From Rotaria sordida (lineage: Eukaryota), in the NCBI GenBank assembly GCA_905250005.1, contig CAJNOH010000668.1:64001-77039 (forward strand): a stretch of DNA of 13,039 nucleotides. The letters are read 5' to 3'. The position numbers and the translations under genes are program-made. Positions 1-8,466 of this stretch are shown here, piece after piece (position 1 is the stretch's first letter; each line of letters starts with the position of its first letter). The notes beneath the pieces were generated by a model, which was not told the origin of the DNA, searched no databases, and saw nothing but the letters and a program-made list of their open reading frames with translations.

Positions 1-32
1 TATATGGAATTCAGAGCTTGCTTGATGTCAAG

Positions 33-2393
33 ATGAACTCCTCGAATAATATGTTCTGTTATATCATCGTGGGAAATATAAAATCTCAACTTATTCATCT
101 TCAATCTCGATTCAATAGATTTTTTCAAAACAGAGTAGGAATCGATAACTCTATTAATTCATTTGATGAGCAGCTTATCAAGGATGTGAATGAGTTATAT
201 ATGAATCTTGAAAATTTAGTTAGACAAATGGAAGAAACTAATCAAAAAATGAAACATCGTGATATTATTGTCAAGAATTGGTTAGACAAGTACAAGAAAG
301 GTATGGAAAATTTTGATCATTCTTGCGATTCATTAATCAAAATCATTGAAAAACTCGAATTGAATGACGACAACAACATCTTACCGAACATATCTGATAC
401 TCACAGAGAACATATTGAACAATTATATTGTATGCATAATTTAGACAAACTATCATCCGAACAGAGTGTTAAAGCTATCGATGATATTCTTGAAGATATT
501 GCTTTTCGGAAGAAATGTCTTTTATCACGCTTGGGAACAGCTACATCGTTACTTGAAAGTAAAACTGAACAAATTAAATTATTTAATAATACTATTAATA
601 AGTCAATAAGAATGTTAGAAATAATATCTATTGTCGAAAAAGAACTAAATTATTTACGTGAAAATCTACAAGCTATTGAACAATATACTGATGAATATGA
701 TAAACTTTTACGAGATGATCAATTTCAAGATATGCCATATTCAAAATACATATTATTACTTGAAATGTTGCGTGTACGAACAGAAGAATTAGAAATTTTC
801 AATTATTTTCCTCAAATCACTCAGCTAATGGAAAAATGGCAGAGTAATCATGATGTAGACAATGAATTCAAGCCGAAAGTACTTGATTTATTTAAATCTG
901 TGGAACTAGACGTAAAACATTTGTTAAGTGATGACAATTGTATCTATTTACTTCCATACAAGATTGGAGTGATTGGTGATAGAAATGTCGGAAAAAGTAC
1001 ATTATTAATGAATCTAACCGAGATAAATCAGTTTTCTTCAATGATTGACGTGAACCGAAATATATTTAGTTATCTGCAATTCGATACATTTGTCTACAAG
1101 AATCCAGATAATAATAAAATTATTCCTATGACTTTCATCGATATTGAAGAAGTCATTGACACTGATAAATCTCAATCCGTTGAAAATTATATTGAATTAA
1201 TCAATAAAGCAGATTGTGATCTGTATATCATCGTGTTCGACAGATCATTTAATGATCATAATCGTATTTGTCAAGAGTATATCGAAAAAAGACTTGGACG
1301 AAAATGTCTTTTAGTTAGAAGCAAAGTCGATTTACTTTTCAATGATGTCTTGCTGGAATTAACTGATAAAAAATATGAGAAGAGAAACACTACAAAATAT
1401 CAAGTGAAACATACTCTGAATGAACTTAGAAGATATGCGTTAGTTACTTCCGATAACAGACACCTATCCAACAATGTATATTTAACGGCAACTGTCTGTA
1501 ATGATGATCTGAAAGAAGCACCTTTCGCTACATTCGATTTGAATAAGTTGAAAAACGAATTGCTTCAATTGGCTATTGCAGATTTTCGAGTTGCACGTAT
1601 TTGTAAACTCGCCATTTGTGCTTCAAGAACCATTATCAATACATGTTTTCGTCGTGGATATGTTGTCTCACAAACACGATATAGATGGCTTGCTGCTGGA
1701 GCTAGTATCATTCCATTTCTTGATGAACTACCAGCATTTTTTGGACGTGAAAAAATACGTCAAACCTTTGGCATTCATGATAACTCGACGATAACAAATG
1801 CATTTTATAGAATAAAAGATTCTTTCGAGGAATATTTAATAGAGAAAAAGTTAACGGTACCAAAAAAATATTTGAAATCTGGCTATTTTAAATATTTAAT
1901 ATCTAAGAAGACCAAGCAAATAGCGATAACATCTAGCTCAGATTCAATTCAATATGTTAAACAAGAGCCGACATATCAAATCCAAAACAAAACTTCACTT
2001 ATTGCTGGTCATGCTGGTACAATTATTGGACGCACTGGTGTCATTCTCGGTACATTAGGCAAAGTGGCTGATGACGCTGCACGACTCATCATTCCAAGTT
2101 CATCAATTGCTCTACGTGCCGTTTCGATTACCGGTATTGTTGTTGGTGCAGTACTTACTCCAGTTTTTGCTGGTTGGACATTTTATTATACTGGAAAAAG
2201 AATGAACAAACATCTTCATTTACTCTGTGATGATCTTGTGATTATTCTAGCATATTTTATAATTGCTATATGTAATAGTTGTCATGAAGATAGACAGTTA
2301 CGTGTACTTACGTTTTCGAACGAAGATTCTTCGTTCTCCAATACAGACTCTTCGTCTTCTGGTGAAGATTCACTATATTCTGACGACGAATAG
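33..2393 (+). CDS. The protein is an IRG/IIGP-like P-loop GTPase with an N-terminal coiled-coil extension and a C-terminal membrane-anchor-like segment. It is single-exon in this window, and its 5' end may lie upstream of the window.
   Basis: The frame is open for 2376 nt and is still open at the window edge. The ORF track begins at a TTG at position 18, and the first in-frame ATG is at 33. The G1 P-loop reads GVIGDRNVGKSTLL (nt 966-1001). The G4-like motif reads RSKVD (nt 1318-1332). The post-G-domain helices contain AAGASIIPFLDELPAFFGREKIRQTFG, which recalls the IIGP1 segment AADLVNIIPSLTFLLD...FYRTVFG. Residues 40-300 are rich in E/K/L heptad-like sequence. The hydrophobic glycine-zipper stretch is IAGHAGTIIGRTGVILGTLG...GIVVGAVLTPVFAGW. 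The tail is acidic (SSSGEDSLYSDDE). An AATAAA lies at 2397-2402, immediately after the TAG stop. Confidence 0.8.
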   Translation: MNSSNNMFCYIIVGNIKSQLIHLQSRFNRFFQNRVGIDNSINSFDEQLIKDVNELYMNLENLVRQMEETNQKMKHRDIIVKNWLDKYKKGMENFDHSCDSLIKIIEKLELNDDNNILPNISDTHREHIEQLYCMHNLDKLSSEQSVKAIDDILEDIAFRKKCLLSRLGTATSLLESKTEQIKLFNNTINKSIRMLEIISIVEKELNYLRENLQAIEQYTDEYDKLLRDDQFQDMPYSKYILLLEMLRVRTEELEIFNYFPQITQLMEKWQSNHDVDNEFKPKVLDLFKSVELDVKHLLSDDNCIYLLPYKIGVIGDRNVGKSTLLMNLTEINQFSSMIDVNRNIFSYLQFDTFVYKNPDNNKIIPMTFIDIEEVIDTDKSQSVENYIELINKADCDLYIIVFDRSFNDHNRICQEYIEKRLGRKCLLVRSKVDLLFNDVLLELTDKKYEKRNTTKYQVKHTLNELRRYALVTSDNRHLSNNVYLTATVCNDDLKEAPFATFDLNKLKNELLQLAIADFRVARICKLAICASRTIINTCFRRGYVVSQTRYRWLAAGASIIPFLDELPAFFGREKIRQTFGIHDNSTITNAFYRIKDSFEEYLIEKKLTVPKKYLKSGYFKYLISKKTKQIAITSSSDSIQYVKQEPTYQIQNKTSLIAGHAGTIIGRTGVILGTLGKVADDAARLIIPSSSIALRAVSITGIVVGAVLTPVFAGWTFYYTGKRMNKHLHLLCDDLVIILAYFIIAICNSCHEDRQLRVLTFSNEDSSFSNTDSSSSGEDSLYSDDE

Positions 2394-2396
2394 ACC

Positions 2397-2402
2397 AATA
2401 AA
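2397..2402 (+). promoter_or_regulatory. This is an AATAAA polyadenylation signal 4 nt after the GTPase stop codon.
   Basis: The hexamer is exact. In this AT-rich DNA such hexamers are common, so it counts only as weak support. Confidence 0.3.
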
Positions 2403-2719
2403 TATTATAATATTTTCTATAACGTCAAATTTCATTGTGAATGTAATTTTTTGCGAATACTTATGTCTAATAAAATACATTATTCAAGATTTTAATATCC
2501 ATTTATATTTATTATAAATAGATACTATCAATTGTAGATGACTATCTTTTCTCCATTCTATTTAAAATACCTTGCAGGAAATTTTTATGAAGTGTTGAAA
2601 TATGAAGCGCCTACAGACATTGATGAATATTATAGACAATGAGATCCTTAATTATAGATGCAGCGCCGTGACATCATAATAGTAACTGACTAGAAATCAA
2701 CTAGTGTACCAACCATCAG

Positions 2720-2815
2720 TACCACCGGTGCACTGTTCACCGCTGTCACGGTTCATCGTATCACCCAATGAACGATGGGCTGATGCCAGTGGCACTACGG
2801 TGGGTCGGTGAACGG
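2720..2815. repeat. This is a GC-rich imperfect palindrome island.
   Basis: GTTCACCG (2744-2751) pairs with CGGTGAAC (2806-2813). CCACCGGTGCACTG (2722-2735) roughly pairs with CAGTGGCACTACGGTGG (2787-2803). CATCGT pairs with ACGATG around the centre at ~2767. ACTAGTG occurs at 2700-2706 and 2834-2840. GC content is ~58% against a ~28% background. Confidence 0.5.
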
Positions 2816-3994
2816 TGTGATTCTAGAAGAATTACTAGTGTTTATGTATACCTACCATTGCTTGTTTTTTCTAATAAAATAATATGAAATTTCTGTATAA
2901 CTGACGAATGATTTGTTGAATGGTGCTTCAAGTTTGAGCATTTTAAGCATGATCCCACTAGTTGAATTAAAGAAAATTAATTCCAAAGATATTTTCAGTA
3001 AAAACTTTTCGAAAGATCGAAATATCTAGGCGGGGAGGTTTCCAATAAGAACCGAAAAAATTTGGTTCTATACCTAAAAAAAGATCTCTACAAGATTAGA
3101 TAGGCCTTATGAGATTCTGAGATTATGATTGAGCACTCTTCTATGGCGTCGGTCGTGCATCTCGTGCAGTGACTCCTACGAAGTTAACATCAAAGATATC
3201 AGATGAGTACTCAAATATTTATGATGTGTTAATGATAATGAATTGTTCAATGACATGACTAATACATTTTCAGTCATTTTACTCATTAGAAACGCCTTTG
3301 ATGATAAAACTTTTCTAAAGCGATATTACTCTTTTCATCACTTACACATCTAACAGCAAAAAAAAACTGGCTCTCAAACATATAAACTTAATAAAGGTCA
3401 TCAAAACTGTATCTCAATGTATAATAAATAACACATCTTGATTTGCATTAGGATCCCATCCATAAACTTTTTTTTTATTTTTACAGGTACATATTTCAGT
3501 TGTTCATTTAGACATTTTGACCAACAGCGATTTCTTTTAATGCAGTACTGCTGTAAAAGATAGTCTCTATAGAACATTGGTTTTTACAAGAAGATAATAT
3601 AGTCATATAAATTTAAATTAAAAATAAGACATTTTGGAGTTCTCTCTGGTAGTTATCTAGTATAACTCACCGAAGAGTCAGCCCTAGAAAAATGACGCTT
3701 ATATTTACACTTCGATTCACACAAAAAAAGATTCTAAGATAAAAAAGAATTATGCTTAACACCTGTATGAATATCACGTACATACAAAGTAGTCAACAAC
3801 ATAATATTGTCTTAAAGATCACAACAATACTCTTTTATTACTTTGCTGTTAGCTGTTTATATCACAATTAACACTGAATTCGTAATTAAAAGAATACAGC
3901 ATTTCGTCTAAATTTTCACTTAAAAAAAACAAAAGTAAAACAATCACAAAAACATCTAATCTTATATTAATCATCAATAAAAGTTCAAATTTAT

Positions 3995-4216
3995 TTAATT
4001 GAAATCTCGAAGTTTTCTTTTTAAAATGTTTTTATTATTAATATAGAATATTTTAATTGTTGTAGTATCAGATGAATTGTTATTCATAAAAAAATTCCGT
4101 AAAAATTTTCTCATTGTTTTTACATCATCTGGTGCATATTTATCATCAATCCAGATTTTAATTAATTTTAAATTTAATGGAATATTTGAATTTCTTTCTA
4201 TAGTTGATGGTGATAT
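3995..4216 (-). CDS. This is exon 4, the terminal exon of the F-box/LRR-like gene. It is 73 codons long, runs ISPSTIERNSNIPLNLKLIKIWIDDKYAPDDVKTMRKFLRNFF...KRKLRDFN, and ends with a TAA stop.
   Basis: The 97-nt intron (4217..4313) has a CTTTCTTTTTCTATGATAG acceptor. The frame is phase 0 and runs 73 open codons to the TAA at 3997-3995. An AATAAA on the minus strand overlaps the stop (plus 3990-3995). The four exons total 1080 nt, which is 359 aa plus the stop and an exact multiple of 3. Confidence 0.5.
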   Translation of the reverse strand: MSPSTIERNSNIPLNLKLIKIWIDDKYAPDDVKTMRKFLRNFFMNNNSSDTTTIKIFYINNKNILKRKLRDFN

Positions 4217-4313
4217 CTATCATAGAAAAAGAAAGATAAAATAAATATTTATAACAAATAATCTAAACAGTTATCTTAAAATGAAGAAAGTTTGAAGAGA
4301 AAGTATTTTTTAC

Positions 4314-4468
4314 ATATATTATATTTTGTCTTGAATATTGTTTTTGATCAAAATGAATTGCATTTATTATTAAATTTTTTAATTTTGGTAGACAAGGTAA
4401 TAATTTTTCATTGAATATCTTAAACGATATTTTTGTTGTTGTATCATTGTCATGATTATGAGGGATAT
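4314..4468 (-). CDS. This is exon 3 of the F-box/LRR-like gene, absent from the ORF track. It encodes NIPHNHDNDTTTKISFKIFNEKLLPCLPKLKNLIINAIHFDQKQYSRQNIIY.
   Basis: The 47-nt intron (4469..4515) runs from GTAAAT to TGAATAG and removes the TAG stop of the listed ORF. The frame continues open for 51 codons in ~75% AT DNA. A GTAAAA donor sits at 4313. Confidence 0.5.
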
Positions 4469-4515
4469 CTATTCAAATAAATGAGACATATATGTAGAAA
4501 AAAGAAATAATTTAC

Positions 4516-4701
4516 TTCCAATAATAAGAGTTTCTAAATTAGATAATGATCTATTTCCAACTATTAATTGATTAAATTCTAACTCAACATAATTTGGACG
4601 TGCATCCCAACCTCGTTCACATCCACACCAATATGATTCGAAATTTAATCTAAGATATTTTAGTGATTTCATTTTTGATGATATTAAACTGCTACATAAA
4701 T
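4516..4701 (-). CDS. This is exon 2 of the F-box/LRR-like gene. It encodes an LRR-like sequence ending LSNLETLIIG.
   Basis: The 71-nt intron (4702..4773) runs from GTAAGA to TATTTAG and joins phase-1 codons in frame (t + at = TAT). The exon corresponds to the minus ORF 4469..4726 from its ninth codon onward. A GTAAAT donor sits at 4515. Confidence 0.65.
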
Positions 4702-4773
4702 CTAAATACATAAAGTTGAATTTCAATTATCTCAAAGATAATTGCTCAAGAAGATTTTAATTATTATTCTTAC

Positions 4774-5290
4774 AATCAATATCATTACTTCCTTCATGTT
4801 TTTCGCTGATTTTATGCAATAAATTTAATCGTTCTAATCTTTGATATAATTTGATTGTTTTATTAAATATTAGAGAATGTATAGTTCCAGCATCTACAGT
4901 TGATAATGATAATGATTTTAATTTTGAGAATGTATCTTTAAATAAATCATCTTCTAATATTAAATTAAGTCTGTATTTATCATTCGCTACAATTGATAGA
5001 CAATAGTTTTGACTTGTTTTTATGTATTGATTTATTTGAAAACAAAATGTTAAAAATTTTCTAGATGGAATTGAATTTAAATTAATATGAATATTTATTT
5101 CATATTGAATCAATTGTTTAAAATGTTGATTTAAATAATAGAATATTTCATATAGAGAATAGAAATCAAGATAAGCAAAACACATTAATATCAATTCATC
5201 TGGAAGGTGTTCAAATTTCGTAATTTGCCTTTTGTTTAAACTAAATAAAATATATAAGAATAACAATAATCTATAAGACTTACATTTCAT
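4774..5290 (-). CDS. This is exon 1 of an F-box / leucine-rich-repeat-like protein. It carries the F-box motif LPDELILMCFAYLDFYSLYEIFYYLNQHFKQLI.
   Basis: The minus-strand ORF at 4757..5296 starts with TTG, and the first ATG is at 5290-5288. The F-box consensus (LPDEILlkIfsyLd...) is clearly recognisable. A GTAAGA donor begins at 4773 in phase 1. A polypyrimidine-AG acceptor-like site inside the exon at 5241/5240 could mean the true 5' exon lies further upstream. TATA-like sequence lies at 5383-5398. Confidence 0.7.
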
Positions 5291-5299
5291 TCTCAATTT

Positions 5300-5411
5300 T
5301 TTTCTGACGTTTTCTGACGGACATTACAATTTTTAATCACAGAGTAGAAGAAAATATGTAGAAGTGCATTTTATATTCCCGTATTATATATATATACTTG
5401 AGTAATTACTC
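5300..5411 (-). promoter_or_regulatory. This is the putative promoter region of the minus-strand F-box gene. It has a tandem 10-mer, a TATA-like tract and a 12-bp perfect palindrome.
   Basis: TTTTCTGACG occurs twice in tandem (5300-5309, 5310-5319). TATTATATATATATAC lies at 5383-5398. GAGTAATTACTC lies at 5400-5411. All sit 10-120 bp upstream of the ATG at 5290 on the minus strand. Confidence 0.3.
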
Positions 5412-6630
5412 CATATTGTGAAATAACATATAGAGAAAAGAAGGCCTTTTTTATTTCTTTAGTTCTATGGACAAATAGTCACGTCACCATATTTAAGCAT
5501 ACGATAGGCACGACAAGTATTTGGTAGTTTTTGATTTATTTACTTTTGAAATGATTTACAGTGAAATCTACTATTTTGGACACTTATGGACATAAAATAA
5601 TTTTATAATTTTCTTATTTACAGAAATAAAGACCTGTTTAAGATAAAAGCATCATGAAAAAAAAAAGTTCATGAACTAATTAGCATCAACTTCAAAATCG
5701 TCATATCTGCGTTTTGAATCTTCTAAAAGTTATTTATTCATTTTTTTTCTTTTTAGAAAATAATTTTGCGAAGATGAAGATTTGAGTTTATATGAAATGA
5801 AAAACGAAGATTAAAAGCATCATACGACACCTTTTGACTGTTGCTGAGGTGTATGTTCTCAATCCATAGGTACATGCATAAATCGAATTATATAAATGAA
5901 AATCATTCAATTGAATTAATTATTTCATGAGATGTAAATTTAATTCAATTAAATGGATCAACTTTATATTGTCTTTTCAGTAAGTTTTTCTTTATTTTAT
6001 TATAGAAATATTTCTTTCTTCAAATTAAAAGAAAAAAGATTTAATAAATAAAAGTTTTTGCTGAATATTATATTGATAATCAACAAATATCAGATTATGA
6101 ATCAATTATTTTTGATTTACGAGAATTAACATCAACATAATTAGAAGATATTTGTTAAAATAATTTAATTAAAACTCAATTAATAATAAATCATTATTCA
6201 AATTTTACATCAAATTATCAAATAAGAATTTATACATCAGGTTGCCATTATCTTGATTCGAATAATAATTGGCAATCAAACGCTTTATTAGTAAGTTTAT
6301 AATTATTCTTTTCTCAAAATCATAACAATTATTTTTATTTTAGATTGCACCAAAAACAAATCATTCTCAAATACAATATTTTACAACTCATTTATAAAAA
6401 AAAACATTTTAATTCTTTAGAGTAGAGTGGGATACTTGCAAATTCACAGCCATTTTACATAGGATTAGTAAAAATCGATTTTCTCCTCAGTTCTAAAAGA
6501 TAAATTAATAATTTTTACACAGATAGATCGAACTAGTAATTCTCTACAATTGGTGAAAATCTTATTGTAAAGCTCATTAAGTAACTGAAACAGTAATTAA
6601 AATAGTAAATTGAAAAAATACTAAAATTTT

Positions 6631-6659
6631 ATGCAATTACCCCAAGTGGAGTAATTGCA
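6631..6659 (+). other. This is a perfect 9-bp-stem hairpin (TGCAATTAC / GTAATTGCA, 10-nt loop CCCAAGTGGA) whose 5' arm and loop resemble the nematode SL1 leader.
   Basis: ATGCAATTACCCCAAGTGGAG|GTAATTGC compares with SL1 GGTTTAATTACCCAAGTTTGAG|GTAAAC. The 3' arm begins GTAATT, a donor-like sequence. Downstream lie the hairpin ATATGATataaATCATAT (6694-6711) and a Sm-like ATATTTTGA motif (6706-6714). Confidence 0.25.
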
Positions 6660-7839
6660 AACACCTACGTAAAATAGTTGGGAAAATTCAAATATGATAT
6701 AAATCATATTTTGATAAAACTATAGGTGCTCTTAAAAAATGTCTGCTACCAAAAATGTGTATCACACGAATCTCTATTAATGCTGACCAATTGTCAGTTG
6801 CTTTGTATTTGGGATATATATTTAGTACGTAAAAAACGATAAAGATACACGGTCGATTGAACAAATCTATTATTATAATGTTTTTTTTTTCGAAAATAAA
6901 GGACTTAGAATTACAGAGTAATAATAACATATCGATTAAACCTGTGCTTCACATAAGACAGTTAATAACTAGTCAATTTTAGAAATCTTTTTCGGACAGA
7001 GAAGAGAAAATAAAGTCCGATTAAACATATACATAGTCGTTTGATCATTTTTTTTTTCTATCTTTCACTAAATCATCAGTTGAGAATTTTAAGAAGCTGT
7101 TGAAAAAAATGCTGTAGTATTTAGAGTTTTCATTCAGTCATGAAAAATTTCCCAAGGCATGAAGAAGAATTGTTAAATATTATTGGAAAAAACAAGAAAA
7201 GGCGAATAGTTTATTGTAAAAGTATCAGAGATCGCTAAGAATATTTTATTCGTTCTAATATCACATATGTGTCGCCCAAATTTATTGAAACAAATAAACA
7301 AGTATGTTTACTCAAACTGATTGAAATATTATTAGAATGAAGACAATTATATCATTTTTTTTTCACCGAAGAATCTGCCAGTTGGCACAAATTGATCATT
7401 AATCAATATGTTTCGAAGTTATGAATATATCTGGAATAATAAACTGAACACACCTAGTATATGTGTTCAATAAAGCTCTGTTATTGTTGGCAACAAATAG
7501 ATTCACACGATGCATCGAGATTTCTTTTTTAGTACTTGTCGAAACAATAGTGAGTTTTAATTAAAACACGAGCAAGACTAGGAGTTCTTGGTTTCACTGA
7601 CAATCTGTCCAAAAAATGTTTTCCTGATTTGAAAGTTGCGAAAAACTTGTTGGGTAGAAAACTATGAATATTTTACTATCATTGTCGCTGATTTTGAGAT
7701 GTCTTGTTATTATCTTGCAATTAATTCAGTCTCTAATATCCTCTTTTTCTGCTTGTTCACTTAAGTTTAATCAGAACTAATCGTTTTAATATTAGTTTCG
7801 ATCCAATATCCATTTAGGATGACTTTAAAAAATATAGTT

Positions 7840-7900
7840 CTGGGTGTGGGTGTGGGTACGAGTGTCACGTTATCGATCCCAGCGACACCCACATCCTCTC
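7840..7900. repeat. This is a G-rich/C-rich hairpin element, copy 1, of the form (GGGTGT)n...CGACACCCACATCC.
   Basis: GGGTGTGGGTGTGGGT (7842-7857) pairs with ACACCCACATCC (7885-7896). The element is a GC island in AT-rich DNA. It shares the 14-mer CGACACCCACATCC with 9662-9675. Confidence 0.55.
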
Positions 7901-8191
7901 GTAAGATAAATATCATTTATCTTAATAGAAAAATATTTTTCTGGAATGAGTCAAAATAACTGATAATAAAAGACGTTATTCTAGTAATACAAGTGTAGTT
8001 TATAAATAAATCTATATGAATATCAATTGTCATATATCTGTCAACAAGAAATATCTTTTAGTTAACTCCCACGGAAAATTATACAAGTTGTTTTATATAG
8101 AAAATGTATATATATTGACTAGCAACAAATGCTATATCTATCTATTTATTTGTAAGTATAAGCAAGAATAAGTAATATTATTTGTTATTAA

Positions 8192-8405
8192 ATGGGAATT
8201 TTAAAAGGAAAAGATATTGCATTAGAACATATTGAACAATCGAAGTTGGTGTTTTTAGCAACATTATCTGATGCTGAAAAGGGACCATCAACACATACAA
8301 CGCCACCTAAAGATCATTTTACATTAAAATTTGATCGAAATTCAATTCAAAATTTAAAAGGGCGTGTTTATGAAAATATGAAACAATACACATATGAACA
8401 ACGAG
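8192..8405 (+). CDS. This is exon 1 of a small gene of unknown function. It encodes MGILKGKDIALEHIEQSKLVFLATLSDAEKGP...YTYEQR.
   Basis: The ATG at 8192 is a true start codon. The ORF track gives 8192..8416. A GT donor at 8406 follows CGAG in phase 1. Confidence 0.6.
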
Positions 8406-8466
8406 GTTTTATTTGATTCTATTTTTTTTTGTTTTTTAATTAAAATAATATATTTTTATTTAATAG

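Noticed and set aside
1576-1794. A 72-aa ORF on the plus strand, in another frame inside the GTPase gene.
   Set aside because: It is fully embedded in the long, motif-bearing GTPase frame and is low-complexity. I treat it as a spurious overlapping ORF.
2263-2517. An 84-aa ORF overlapping the GTPase C-terminus and 3' UTR.
   Set aside because: It is out of frame with the main CDS, very AT-rich and has no motif. It is a by-product of the ORF track accepting alternative starts.
2740-2815. A tRNA or tRNA-derived SINE in the GC-rich island.
   Set aside because: The T-loop-like GGTTCATCG fails the GTTCRANNC consensus. There is no convincing A box and no 7-bp acceptor stem at tRNA spacing.
5397-5409. 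A shared 13-mer TTGAGTAATTACT at 5397 and 12540.
   Set aside because: A 13-mer match in 13 kb of AT-biased sequence is expected by chance. There is no extended similarity around it.
6159-6415. A possible two-exon ORF spanning a GTAAGT...TTTATTTTAG intron at 6290-6343.
   Set aside because: There is no ATG. The translation is low-complexity (NNLIKTQLIINHYSNF...) and the ORF is open only because the region is A/T-rich in stop-free frames. Isolated splice-like hexamers are common in this DNA.
6688-6930. An 80-aa minus-strand ORF.
   Set aside because: It is low-complexity (LLLL, IIII), has no motif and no flanking splice logic. I judge it to be chance.
7842-7857. A true telomere or S. cerevisiae origin for the (GGGTGT)n tract.
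   Set aside because: The tract is interstitial and only 16 nt long. The introns here lack the yeast GTATGT...TACTAAC signals, and the gene structure is not Saccharomycete-like.
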